Part shown: positions 30,296 to 40,697 of the stretch, in pieces
Numbering within the stretch: position 1 is the first letter of the stretch
How the letters are laid out: each line of letters starts with the position of its first letter
Source: Leptospira sp.
GTDB taxonomy: Bacteria; Spirochaetota; Leptospiria; Leptospirales; Leptospiraceae
Length of the DNA stretch: 64,000 nucleotides
Assembly (NCBI GenBank): GCA_034439575.1
Contig: JAWXAQ010000015.1
Coordinates: 1 to 64,000 of the forward strand
Direction of reading: 5' to 3'
Program-made: the position numbers and the translations under genes
Notes under the pieces: model-generated
What the model saw: the letters and a program-made list of their open reading frames with translations, nothing else
What the model was told of the DNA's origin: nothing
Databases searched by the model: none

Positions 30296-30437
30296 ACTAT
30301 CTTATATTTGAAAATATGATTTTTTGATTTTATAATATTCAATTTCTTTAAAAAAAGACTTTTATTTACATAATACAAATAAAAACTGAAAAATATTTAG
30401 TTAATATTTTATAACATTATGGGAATAGAATTCTGTT

Positions 30438-32354
30438 TTGAAATACAATTTTTTTAAATTTTTATTTTCTACTTTTTTTCTTCTAACTCTAAATAATTGT
30501 TGGGGCAATCCAATTTGGCAAGAAATTCTAAACAACCTCAATCGTAAAAATACAAATTCCGTTTCCTCTATAAGTGGCCTACTCAGTTTATTTAGGACTG
30601 AAAATTCGTCGACAGGTCCCCATTATACGATAGGAGGTTCCGTTTCAGGATTAACAGGATCAGGTCTTAAACTAAAAAACCAAACGGAAGTTTTGGAGAT
30701 TTCTGCTTCTGGAAATTTTGTATTCACTAATTTTTTGTCAATGGGCTCAGAGTATGAGATATCAGTTTCAAACCAACCCTCAAATCCTTCACAGATTTGT
30801 TCGGTATCAAACAGTAAAGGAACCATATCTGATAAAAATATAACAGATATAATCGTTGTTTGTTCAATCAACTCATTTACTATTGGAGGGATTACTACAG
30901 GTTTACTTGGAACGGGATTAACCCTGCAAAATAATTCAGGAGACGATCTAAGTATATCCTCGAACGGTATCTTTACCTTCTCTAATCCTTTAGCAGACAC
31001 TAGCAATTACAATGTTTCTGTGTCATCAAATCCTACTAGCCCAGCGCAAATTTGTTCAGCATCGAATAATACAGGTTCTGTGAATGGATCCAATGTGGAA
31101 AATGTTTCTATCATTTGCTCAACAAATAGTTATACGATTTCAGGAAGCATTTCTGGCCTTTCTGGTTCAGGGTTGGTTCTGAGAAATAATGGAGGAGATG
31201 ATCTTGCGATTACAAATGGAGCGACAAATTTTTTATTTGCTACATCTGTGGCAGACACTCAAACATACAATGTTACAGTCGCTATGCAACCGAGTTCATT
31301 GACGCAAAATTGTGTGGTCAATTCGGGGAATGGGACTGTTTCTGGATCAAACATAACAGGCATAAGTATTGTTTGCACGACTCAGAGTTTTTCCATTGGT
31401 GGAACAGTTACAGGCTTTGCTGGCACAACCATGACCCTACAGAATAACGGCGGAAATGATTTATCCATTTCAACAGATGGAGCTTTTTCTTTTTCTAATC
31501 CATTGATTGATGGCTCAGCATATAATGTAACGGTAAGCACACAGCCTACTGGAACAGCAAAAATTTGTAGTATAAATAACGGAACTGGTAATCTCTCCAA
31601 TGGGAATATCACAAATGTAGCTATAACATGTTTTGCACCTACAGAAGTTATTGGCATAGAACTTTGGTTAAAGGCTGACACCCTAGCTCTCGGAAATGGT
31701 GCAAGCGTAAGCATATGGAATGATAGTTATTCGTCTAATGATGCTTTCCAAGGAACAGCGGCAAACCAACCAACATTCTATACAAATAGTATCAACGGTT
31801 TACCTGTCGTTGCTTTCGATGGAGTGAACGATTATATGCAAGGAAATGCATTTACTGTTTCAAACAATACCATTTTTATCGTCGCTAGATTTTACCAACA
31901 GTCGACTAACAATCTCGGAATATTTTCCTTTTTTCCAGCCAGCGGAAATGATTGGAATAATAACGATGGTTTTGCGATCACTTACAAAGACAATTCTGCC
32001 ACTTTAATACCAAAGTATGAAAGACAAATTGGTGCTGATTCCTTTATCGTTGAATCTTCTACCAATGCTGGATTTCACTTATTAAGTTTAAATTTTGGAA
32101 GTGGGACAGGTAGTATTTATTTGGATGGATCTACTTCTTTTACAGATGCATTCGCACCCATTTCACCATCTGTAATGCCATCATATTATGTTATTGGAGC
32201 AAGGCCACCTGTGGGAGGATTCTATGGCCATACTGATTTTGCAGAAATTATCATTTATAGTGCGAAACTTATAAATAATGAAAGAGAAAGAATCGAATGT
32301 TATCTTAAAGCAAAATACAATCTGACATCTGTGAACAATTCATTTTGTAATTAA
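30438..32354 (+). CDS. Surface lipoprotein with four ~85-aa beta-rich repeats and a C-terminal LamG/concanavalin-like domain
   Basis: Lipobox-like LNNC; repeats begin YTIGGSVSGL/FTIGG/YTISG/FSIGG; C-terminal LWLKAD...FDGVNDYM...AEIIIYS...IECYLKAKY. Confidence 0.8.
   Translation: MKYNFFKFLFSTFFLLTLNNCWGNPIWQEILNNLNRKNTNSVSSISGLLSLFRTENSSTGPHYTIGGSVSGLTGSGLKLKNQTEVLEISASGNFVFTNFLSMGSEYEISVSNQPSNPSQICSVSNSKGTISDKNITDIIVVCSINSFTIGGITTGLLGTGLTLQNNSGDDLSISSNGIFTFSNPLADTSNYNVSVSSNPTSPAQICSASNNTGSVNGSNVENVSIICSTNSYTISGSISGLSGSGLVLRNNGGDDLAITNGATNFLFATSVADTQTYNVTVAMQPSSLTQNCVVNSGNGTVSGSNITGISIVCTTQSFSIGGTVTGFAGTTMTLQNNGGNDLSISTDGAFSFSNPLIDGSAYNVTVSTQPTGTAKICSINNGTGNLSNGNITNVAITCFAPTEVIGIELWLKADTLALGNGASVSIWNDSYSSNDAFQGTAANQPTFYTNSINGLPVVAFDGVNDYMQGNAFTVSNNTIFIVARFYQQSTNNLGIFSFFPASGNDWNNNDGFAITYKDNSATLIPKYERQIGADSFIVESSTNAGFHLLSLNFGSGTGSIYLDGSTSFTDAFAPISPSVMPSYYVIGARPPVGGFYGHTDFAEIIIYSAKLINNERERIECYLKAKYNLTSVNNSFCN
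30624..31631 (+). repeat. Four tandem intragenic protein repeats, each with two Cys
   Basis: Pattern (Y/F)xIxG...L.N...Y.V.V..(Q/N)P...C....G.....(I/V)..C four times. Confidence 0.85.
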
Positions 32355-33373
32355 TCGAAAGAATGAAATAAATATATATCCTTTGCGAATTTTTTTATCG
32401 AAGACTCATAGAACAAAACCGGTTCGGTATTTTGCCGAATTGGATCTCTTGCAAATTGAATTAATTTTTTACTAGAAAGAAACCATATTCCCGTTAAATG
32501 ATCATATTCACTTTGGTAAGTTAAAATGTTTACCAAATTAAGATTTTCATCAAATATCATAAACTTAGATTCAATAGCAGCTTCATCCCAATACGGAATT
32601 ATACCAAAAGACAATATGGCAGGTATAAATGTTAATCCTTTCAGGCTTGGTTTTTGGCTATTACCACCTCTATCAAAGATACCATGAAAAAGCTCTCTAT
32701 GTTCGGCAATGATCCAATAATCTGCATTTATATTTTTTAATTTGATACTTTTGATCTTACGAATTTTTTTCTTTTCATTATTACAATCACAGTCCTCAAA
32801 GGAATATTCTATATCAAGGATAGATTCTATTTCTTTTAGTCCTGAATGTCTAACGGTCGTCAGATAAGTAATAAGAAACGATTTTAGATTTTCTTCTGAT
32901 ATCTCTTTCTGATTTATATTATCCTTAATTCTTTTGATTTCGTTTCTAGCAGGAAAATATATGGAAGTTGTTGTCGAATAATTTAATGTAGCTGGAATCG
33001 TATAACTTGATTCATATCTGGTACCCGGAATTCGCATATGAAGTTTTTTATATAGATTAGGACTATTATTTTTATTCCCATCATTCAAATATTCTACTAT
33101 ACAATGATAAACTGCTAAATCTCGATCTATTTCTTTTAACGAATCATAATAAGAACAAGGAAATTTAGGTTCTTCGGTTTCGAAGATTCTTTGACTCTGC
33201 AAAGAAAAATGAAATGGGTAAAATCCTATTAAAGCAAATTTCTTTTTTCGAAATATATTTAGTTCTCTATCATTTAATTCATACTTGGATGTTTCCTTTA
33301 CCATATAATGTTGGCAATTTTGAAATAGGGTGACACCTGTTAAAAGAAGAAACGCGATTTTCATTTTGAACAT
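32351..33373 (-). CDS. Hypothetical lipoprotein
   Basis: Lipobox-like FQNC; ALIGFYPF and ILSFGIIPYW motifs. Confidence 0.7.
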   Translation of the reverse strand: MFKMKIAFLLLTGVTLFQNCQHYMVKETSKYELNDRELNIFRKKKFALIGFYPFHFSLQSQRIFETEEPKFPCSYYDSLKEIDRDLAVYHCIVEYLNDGNKNNSPNLYKKLHMRIPGTRYESSYTIPATLNYSTTTSIYFPARNEIKRIKDNINQKEISEENLKSFLITYLTTVRHSGLKEIESILDIEYSFEDCDCNNEKKKIRKIKSIKLKNINADYWIIAEHRELFHGIFDRGGNSQKPSLKGLTFIPAILSFGIIPYWDEAAIESKFMIFDENLNLVNILTYQSEYDHLTGIWFLSSKKLIQFARDPIRQNTEPVLFYESSIKKFAKDIYLFHSFD

Positions 33374-33713
33374 ATCGCATTCATTTTCTCATCGAATACC
33401 GATCACGACAATAGGTGAATGCCGAATCTGCGGGGATTACTTAGATGATAGTATCGACGATCTTCCAGTCGCAATGATTGTACAACAAATATTAAAGTAG
33501 CGGTCTTTCAAACCCTATATTTCAATAAGAATGTTTTATAATTTAAGGAATATCAGATTTAGCCGACGGCATTTAATAAATTAATACATTCTAATACTTG
33601 TCAGAAGCTTTAGTAAAGACCTAATTAATTTTTGAATTGAAATGGATTATATCATTTCATTAAACGAAATTAACTTACTCTAATATATGCAATAAACCAA
33701 ACAAAAACCAATT

Positions 33714-35570
33714 CTAATTCTTTAATCCATATACTTTCATTGAAAATTCTTTTCCTCTGATTTCCATTTCGCCCAATGGAGAAAGCGTCAATTTGTTCTC
33801 TTGCGAAAGTTTTTCATATGCCACTTCGCTCAGTAGAATTGGCGAATTTACCTCTTTCGTTTTCCCTTCTAACCTAGAAGCTGTATTTACTGTATCTCCG
33901 ATCAATGTTCCATCCATCCTAGACTCTTGGCCAATGGTTCCGATCAAAACTTTGCCATAATGAATTCCGATACCGATTTTTATTTCGGTTTCGCCTGCCT
34001 CTATTCTTTTTTTATTGAATTCACTCAATCCGATTAACATATCATTGGCGGCACTCAAAGCATTGTCCGAAGATTTTGGGAAAAATGCCATTATCGAATC
34101 ACCAATGTATTTATCGATGTATCCTGATTTTCTTTCAATGGATGGCGCAGTAAATCTCATAAACGCATTTAAAAAATCAAAAGTGAGCCGCGGTGTTAGT
34201 TTTTCTGAAATAGATGTAAATCCCCTAATGTCCAAAAACAAAACTGCCACTTCTCCATCCACTGCGTCACCTAACTGTACTTCCCTTACATCTGACTTGT
34301 TTAATAACGGAATGATTTGAGAAGGAAAAAATCTAGAAAACGAATCTGTTAAACTACGTTGTTCTTCCAAAGATTTAATTTGGAGTGCTGCTTTTTCTTT
34401 CTGAATGATATTGATTCGATCTGCCAAAGATAGGGATAAAAATATTGCTTCAAATACAGAACCAAATTGGAGTGAGTAGTTTGTAAAAAAGTGATATGGT
34501 AAAATTCCGAAATTTCTAAGTCCTACGATTACAGCCCCGATCAAAACAATGAATGAACCTAACAAAAAGAATCGAGCTTGTTCATATCCTTTTGTCCATG
34601 CGTATGATGAAATAAGAAATAAAGTTACTGACGAAACGAGCGTTAATATAAGTCCAATAGATATAGAAATTCTATAATAACCAAAAAATGCGGGAAGTAT
34701 AATCATTGCACTGAGTATAGCAATTGTTTTGAGATAAACATTTAATCTTGGCATTCGTTCTCTGGCTTCCACAAATTTGCCAGCAAACAATACGGCGAAT
34801 GTATTTACTAGACCGATTGAAATTGGAAACGAATAATCTGCTAACTTTGGATATTCGGGGAATATATATGCATGCGTATAACCCCATATACCTGATTGCA
34901 CAAAACTTAGGAAAAATATGTATAGAATATAATACAAATAACTTCTATCTCTAATACTTAAGTACAAAAATAAATTGTAAAAGAAAACGACTCCCATCAC
35001 TCCGAAATAAGCTCCGAAGAGAGTTGTTTTTAAACTCTCCTCCTCTAAGTAAGAATTCTTTTCCCAAAGTGTAAGTGGAAGCAATAAAGAACCTTGGCTT
35101 TCAAAACGAAAAATCAAAGTGTAAACTTTTTCTTTTTCCAAAGAAACATCAAAAATGAAATTTCTATGTTTCAAAAATCTTTCTGTAATAGCTAACTTTC
35201 TACCTGTAAACAATTTAGCGACGATTTGGTTATCTTTCAGAGTATAAAAATCTATAGAATCAATCAAAGAAACTAATTCCAACCAGAGGCTTTGGTCTTT
35301 GCCAGATTTGATTGTCCATTTCAACCAGAAGGCAGAACTAGAATATCCAAAGCCGATAGACTCACCTAAATTTTTTTTCCCTTCCCCATTCTCAAATTTT
35401 TTTAGTATAGTATCCAATGATTCTGATTTCGATTTGTCTTCTATGTATTCTACATAGGTCGCTAAATTGAGTTTTGATTCATTTCCAGTCCATTCGATAA
35501 TGGGATTCGCGATTAAATTATGAGAGTAAAGAATAAATAATGAAATAAAGTAAAAATAATTTTTCAACAT
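33714..35570 (-). CDS. 7TMR-DISM sensor adenylate cyclase (class III)
   Basis: GFGYSSSAFWLK (DISMED2), 7 TM, VLFLDIRGFT, DKYIGD, GDTVNTASRLE. Confidence 0.93.
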   Translation of the reverse strand: MLKNYFYFISLFILYSHNLIANPIIEWTGNESKLNLATYVEYIEDKSKSESLDTILKKFENGEGKKNLGESIGFGYSSSAFWLKWTIKSGKDQSLWLELVSLIDSIDFYTLKDNQIVAKLFTGRKLAITERFLKHRNFIFDVSLEKEKVYTLIFRFESQGSLLLPLTLWEKNSYLEEESLKTTLFGAYFGVMGVVFFYNLFLYLSIRDRSYLYYILYIFFLSFVQSGIWGYTHAYIFPEYPKLADYSFPISIGLVNTFAVLFAGKFVEARERMPRLNVYLKTIAILSAMIILPAFFGYYRISISIGLILTLVSSVTLFLISSYAWTKGYEQARFFLLGSFIVLIGAVIVGLRNFGILPYHFFTNYSLQFGSVFEAIFLSLSLADRINIIQKEKAALQIKSLEEQRSLTDSFSRFFPSQIIPLLNKSDVREVQLGDAVDGEVAVLFLDIRGFTSISEKLTPRLTFDFLNAFMRFTAPSIERKSGYIDKYIGDSIMAFFPKSSDNALSAANDMLIGLSEFNKKRIEAGETEIKIGIGIHYGKVLIGTIGQESRMDGTLIGDTVNTASRLEGKTKEVNSPILLSEVAYEKLSQENKLTLSPLGEMEIRGKEFSMKVYGLKN

Positions 35571-35637
35571 TTTATTTTGACCATTATATAAGTAAATTTA
35601 TTCATAAAAATTATTTTTAATATATATTTTTGAATAT

Positions 35638-36009
35638 TCATTTGTACTTATAGTAATGATTTGGATCATTCCATTTGGATTTTTCAAATTCTATATGGTT
35701 TTGAACTTTTTCTTTGTCTTTGGCCGCGAGTTCGTTTTCCCCTAAAATTTCATAAATTTTGGATCTTAATAAAAGTGCAGATTCAAAAAGATCCATAATC
35801 TCCAAACTTCGGTTTAATGAATTTAGGGATTTTTCATATTCCTTTTTTTCAAAATAATTTTCGGCGATAAATAAATGAAATGGATGAGTAAATGAAGGAT
35901 CAATCTTTGATAGATACATTTCCATTAGCTCTGTCGCTTCTTCAATTTCCCCATTTTTCCGAGCATCAAAAGCCAAATTCTTATATTTTTCTATATCTTT
36001 ATAATTCAA
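35638..36009 (-). CDS. TPR-like protein
   Basis: Helical repeats (AENYFEKKEYEKSL, RSKIYEILGENELA). Confidence 0.7.
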   Translation of the reverse strand: MNYKDIEKYKNLAFDARKNGEIEEATELMEMYLSKIDPSFTHPFHLFIAENYFEKKEYEKSLNSLNRSLEIMDLFESALLLRSKIYEILGENELAAKDKEKVQNHIEFEKSKWNDPNHYYKYK

Positions 36010-36210
36010 AAACCACTCCTTTTCAATTGGATTTTGCAGATTGGTGGATAATTCGGATTACATCATGTTTAAATATTTTCCAACTATGCAATCATAAAAA
36101 TTTATAAAAATAAATTGACAAAGTATTGCAAAATTGTCTCATATTCCCCCGTGATTCATATCTTCTCGCGATTCTATAAAATTTGAAAATTAACAAATTT
36201 TCTGAAAAAT

Positions 36211-39024
36211 ATGTTAAAAAAAAGATATATTATGAAAGTGAAATATTTCCTTTTTATTACTTTCTTATATAACTCCATCATTTTTAGCCTCAATGGTGAA
36301 ACTCTTTCATCAAATAAAGTAAAAATCGGTTTATTTCTGCCCTTAAAAGGGACCAATGTCGATAAAGCTGGCGAAGAAAAACTAAGACAAACACTGACCT
36401 CCATTTTAGAAAAAGCAGGTTACAAAGTTAGTATTTCCAATGAAGATCACGATGTTGCCATCAACTCTGCTGATAATTATTTCATTGATGGATACTATGA
36501 AACTAGTCCGACATGGAATGTATATGGACAAATATACAAACCAGAATCGGGTGAAATCATAGATGCCCACAACCAAACAAATATTATATCAGATTTGGAA
36601 GGAGTTTCTATTGATCCCGAAGAAACTAAAACATCAAACGAATTTATTTGGAATGAATTTTCGAAAAAGATACTTTTACGCCTTCGCACAAACCAAAAGC
36701 GGATTAGAAAAATTCATAATATTCAAGAATTTGTCTTAAACTCACCCATAAAAGATTATAGAAAATTTACGATTGCAAAAGAAGAAGAAGAAAAAGCAAA
36801 AACTGAAGTTTTCCAATTATTAGCTGAACCTAAAATCACAGTCGCATCAAACGTCATTCGTGACGCAGATAAACAACCAGTTTCAGTAACAGTGATAAAC
36901 TCTAAACAAATTTTACTTTCAGGTGCGAGAACAGTTAACGACTTGCTCATGATCTATGTACCTGGTTATTTTAAAGTAGAAGACCAAGATGATTCGATAG
37001 CCGGATTTCGAGGATTAGCTCCTGATTCTAACTCAAAGGTTTTATTATTGTTAGATGGTGTAAATATGAATACGGAATGGCAGTTTGGTCCTCCTGATTC
37101 GATTATCAACAGTATGAATCTAGAATATATAGAACGGATTGAAGTGATTCGTGGTCCTGGTTCTGTAACGCTCGGCCAAGGTGCATTACTTGGTGTTATC
37201 AATATCATCACAAAAAATAGTCAATCAAATCCCAATACGTCTTTACAAGTGGGAACGGGAAAAGATGGATATCGCAGTTATAATATTCAATCTGGAAGTC
37301 ATGGCAAATTAGTTCCTGAATTAAAAACTTACTTTTATATTTCTAAAATGCAATACGACGGACAAAAAATTCGTAGTGAAGGTTGGGCAAAACAAAGGGC
37401 TTATGAAGGAGTTGAAATCAATGGTATCGAACAAATATATGATCCTCTCGAAAAACAAGCGTTAAAAACCAGTTCATTTTTAGGAGGTGACTTTTATACA
37501 AATATTGCTTCGGCAAGTGGTAATAAATTAGAAAGAAATCAAAATGAAACAATGCATGGCATCATTGAATACAAAGGTCTGAAAGTTAATACAATGTTTG
37601 CTGATCAAAAACGAGATCTCTATAATTTTTATAGAGATAGAAATGAAGTTACGAACAAAATCCGAAATGGAGCCTTATCTTATCAGCATCAATTTTCAAA
37701 TACTTTGAATTTGACACTTAAAACTTTTTATACCCAAGATGATTTTGGATTTCAATCACATAGAGGTGTAACCTTAGCTGGCACAAGAGAAAATCGATAC
37801 GGCGGTTCAGCCATACTAAATTGGAATATTACAAGTAAGAACAATTTGGCGCTAGGTATAGAATATAGAAAGTATGATCTAGGTCAACCGGATGCCAATG
37901 GTAATAATTTTATCGTCAATAGAGCTGAAGCATCTAGTTTTTACAAACTTGGGGAAGGGATTCCGTTACCTTACCAAGTGAACGAAACGAATAAATTCGT
38001 TTTTACAAATACGATCCCCGTTGCGAGTTTTTTTGTTGAGAATGCACATAAGTATTCGGACAAATTGGATTATTTTGCTGCCTTTCGATATGATAAACAT
38101 CCATACTGGGGTTCAAATATTTCGCCAAGAATAGGAACTATATTTTCACCTAACAAAGATCTCAAATTTCGATTTTCTTACCAAGAAGGATTTCGGGGTG
38201 CTGTAGGTGTATCTTATACCGGAGGGTATCAAAAAGATGGACTCCTAAGAAATGATAACTTTAATCAGGTGGAAGTTTCACAAATTCCAAATGTGGACAT
38301 CAATAACAAGCCGACAATTTTTCAAAATATCCCACAGGCAAAGCCTGAAAAAATGAGAAGTTTAGAATTTGCAACAAAATACAAACTCACATCAAAATTC
38401 AGCCTTGATGGAGTATTGTTTTATAATATGATACAAAATGTTATCGATGTAGGAGTCATTTACCCAAACCCAGATATCAACAAAACGCCTAACATAGGAA
38501 CAGACGAACCAGGTGATTGGAAAGGATATTTTTTCTTTCGAAATACTCCAGGTTTACTCAGACAAGGTGGCGCGGAAGTCACAGCATCTTATGATCATAA
38601 ATTTTTTCATATCGGTTTAAGTCATTCTGCCGTGAAAGTTTTAGGAGCCAGTACAGAACTGCATTCCTCACAGTATTTAACAAGTGATACTCGGCACAAA
38701 CATTTCAAAGCTTATCCTGAAAACATAACACGTGCCAATTTACAATTTTTCCCTTGGGAAAAGTTGGCCGTCGGTTTAAATCATTTGTACTATTATAATT
38801 GGTTTGCCCCGACTGGTTCTAATGTTCGCGGCATGCATATGTTAAATGGGGGCATTCAATATGCAATATCAGAATCAATTTCCATTATTTTGAATGTCAA
38901 AAATATATTAGATTCCAAAAACTTATATCCAATCAATAGTATTGCTGGAGATGTTTCTTTAGCTGCTGGAACTCCTTCTTATGAAGGAAGAACTTATTGG
39001 TTCCAATTGCGGGCTGTTTTTTAA
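36211..39024 (+). CDS. TonB-dependent receptor with N-terminal extension
   Basis: Plug SVTVI...FRG...KVLLLLDG...IERIEVIRGPGSVTLGQGA; C-terminal GRTYWFQLRAVF. Confidence 0.92.
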   Translation: MLKKRYIMKVKYFLFITFLYNSIIFSLNGETLSSNKVKIGLFLPLKGTNVDKAGEEKLRQTLTSILEKAGYKVSISNEDHDVAINSADNYFIDGYYETSPTWNVYGQIYKPESGEIIDAHNQTNIISDLEGVSIDPEETKTSNEFIWNEFSKKILLRLRTNQKRIRKIHNIQEFVLNSPIKDYRKFTIAKEEEEKAKTEVFQLLAEPKITVASNVIRDADKQPVSVTVINSKQILLSGARTVNDLLMIYVPGYFKVEDQDDSIAGFRGLAPDSNSKVLLLLDGVNMNTEWQFGPPDSIINSMNLEYIERIEVIRGPGSVTLGQGALLGVINIITKNSQSNPNTSLQVGTGKDGYRSYNIQSGSHGKLVPELKTYFYISKMQYDGQKIRSEGWAKQRAYEGVEINGIEQIYDPLEKQALKTSSFLGGDFYTNIASASGNKLERNQNETMHGIIEYKGLKVNTMFADQKRDLYNFYRDRNEVTNKIRNGALSYQHQFSNTLNLTLKTFYTQDDFGFQSHRGVTLAGTRENRYGGSAILNWNITSKNNLALGIEYRKYDLGQPDANGNNFIVNRAEASSFYKLGEGIPLPYQVNETNKFVFTNTIPVASFFVENAHKYSDKLDYFAAFRYDKHPYWGSNISPRIGTIFSPNKDLKFRFSYQEGFRGAVGVSYTGGYQKDGLLRNDNFNQVEVSQIPNVDINNKPTIFQNIPQAKPEKMRSLEFATKYKLTSKFSLDGVLFYNMIQNVIDVGVIYPNPDINKTPNIGTDEPGDWKGYFFFRNTPGLLRQGGAEVTASYDHKFFHIGLSHSAVKVLGASTELHSSQYLTSDTRHKHFKAYPENITRANLQFFPWEKLAVGLNHLYYYNWFAPTGSNVRGMHMLNGGIQYAISESISIILNVKNILDSKNLYPINSIAGDVSLAAGTPSYEGRTYWFQLRAVF

Positions 39025-39073
39025 AAGAAACATTATGGATAACAATTAACCACACATATTTATTCATTTTGAA

Positions 39074-40036
39074 TTAATTCCATTTCGGAAAAAATCCTAT
39101 TTCTCCTTGAACATTTAAATCATGGGCTGGAACTACTTTCAATGTTTTATCTTTTTCCATTAATTGGTTCACACGACTGATTTCTTTTCCAACACTCATT
39201 GGATCATAATCAACTAACAAACGAGCCCCACGAGGTTTATGCGAAAGTGATTGAAATCCTCGCAAATCCCAGGTTACATCGCCAGTGAAAAAATAACGTC
39301 GGCCATCCTTAAGATTTAAAAATAAACCGAGTGATCCCGCACTATGTCCTTTCATATTTACCAAAACAATGGATCCATCACCAAACCAATCTGTACTTTC
39401 AGTATAAGATTCATATTGTATTGGATTCAATTTTATATAATTCCATTTGACCGCCTCACCATCAAATTGCGAAGGAACGTAACCCTTCAATATCGAAGTT
39501 TCTGATAATTCTTCTTTTAATGTAACAATTTCTGCCTTTGGGAAATCTTTAATAGCGCTTGCATGATCCCAGTGTAAATGGGATATGAAAATCGTTTTAA
39601 TCTGATCTGGCATAATGCCATTGGCAACTAACTTATCTACTGCGTTATCCTCTATTTCATAGGAAAGTAATAATTTTAAAAACCATGGAAATTCTTTAAA
39701 CTGTTCATCAATTTTCTTGCCAAGTCCCGTATCAAAAAGCACCATCCCCGAAGGATGTTTTATTAGTATCGCTGAATGAGAAATAGTATGAACATTAAAA
39801 ACATTTCCTCCTTCAAATACGAATGCTTCTGAAGTCTTTGCCTCGCCTGTTTTTATAATCGAAAAGGAAATATCAGTTTTTGGAACCGTTTGAACAAACT
39901 TGTTTTCGGTTTGATTCATTTCAATTTTAAGTTTCGGATAACCCAATAGGTAAAATGTGATAAATGTAAACAAACCTATTACACCTAACAATAACTTGAT
40001 TTTGAAATTCCTTTCTTTCATATATTTATCCTTCAT
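39074..40036 (-). CDS. MBL-fold metallohydrolase, AHL-lactonase-like, with N-terminal anchor
   Basis: LFDTG, SHLHWDH, GHSAG, FTGD, PAHD. Confidence 0.88.
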   Translation of the reverse strand: MKDKYMKERNFKIKLLLGVIGLFTFITFYLLGYPKLKIEMNQTENKFVQTVPKTDISFSIIKTGEAKTSEAFVFEGGNVFNVHTISHSAILIKHPSGMVLFDTGLGKKIDEQFKEFPWFLKLLLSYEIEDNAVDKLVANGIMPDQIKTIFISHLHWDHASAIKDFPKAEIVTLKEELSETSILKGYVPSQFDGEAVKWNYIKLNPIQYESYTESTDWFGDGSIVLVNMKGHSAGSLGLFLNLKDGRRYFFTGDVTWDLRGFQSLSHKPRGARLLVDYDPMSVGKEISRVNQLMEKDKTLKVVPAHDLNVQGEIGFFPKWN

Positions 40037-40623
40037 TCATTAAATTCATTTTTTATTAGTAAATCCGCTGTTTTTTTAGCAAGCCTAAGTGGCTCCGCTG
40101 ATTTTTGCAATTTTGCAAGTAACAAGGCTCCCTCCCACAAGGAAAATAAGGATACAGCAATGGAATTTGCTTTTTTTAATGATGCACCATATAACATTAA
40201 ATAAGTTTCAAAACCCTTAATCCACTCATTATAAATCTTTAAACAAGTTTCCGACACAATACCTGGATGAGTTGTTGATTCAAGAGCTGTAATCGCTATT
40301 GGGCAACCTTTTTTAAAATTACTTTCTACAATTCTTTTTTCAAGAGCTTGAAATATTAAAGCCGCGGCTTTTGAAGGATTTTTATTATTTTTTAAAATTT
40401 CAGAGAAAACCAAACTCATTTCTTTTCCTGAGTGTTCTAATGCCAAAGCAGTTAATTCATCTTTTCCACCTGGAAAGTGAAAGTATAAAGAGCCTTTTGG
40501 AGACTTTGCTAATTTTGTAATATCATTCACACCAGTGGCGAGATAGCCATTTTCTTCCAAAGCTAAAGCGGTAGCTTCTATCATTTTTTGACGGGTATTT
40601 GTCCCTTTGTTGCCCACAATCAC
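40033..40623 (-). CDS. TetR family regulator (LmrA/YxaF-like)
   Basis: PKGSLYFHFPGGKDEL, GCP, EGALLL. Confidence 0.92.
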   Translation of the reverse strand: MIVGNKGTNTRQKMIEATALALEENGYLATGVNDITKLAKSPKGSLYFHFPGGKDELTALALEHSGKEMSLVFSEILKNNKNPSKAAALIFQALEKRIVESNFKKGCPIAITALESTTHPGIVSETCLKIYNEWIKGFETYLMLYGASLKKANSIAVSLFSLWEGALLLAKLQKSAEPLRLAKKTADLLIKNEFNE

Positions 40624-40638
40624 AAAACAAAATTAAAA

Positions 40639-40652
40639 TATAGACCGGTCAA
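40639..40652. promoter_or_regulatory. Putative LmrA/YxaF-type operator between divergent genes
   Basis: TATAGACCGGTCAA with a GACCGGTC palindrome. Confidence 0.6.
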
Positions 40653-40697
40653 CATATTTTTCTTGACCAAAGGATTTTAATTTCATTCAATGCTCAT

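Noticed and set aside
33374-33510. GC-richer spacer with a + strand CRIC-containing frame; possible riboswitch or small ORF
   Set aside because: No credible start or SD, and no riboswitch consensus recognised
36010-36210. Cobalamin riboswitch or Fur box before the TonB receptor
   Set aside because: No convincing consensus; only a TTGACA promoter-like hexamer
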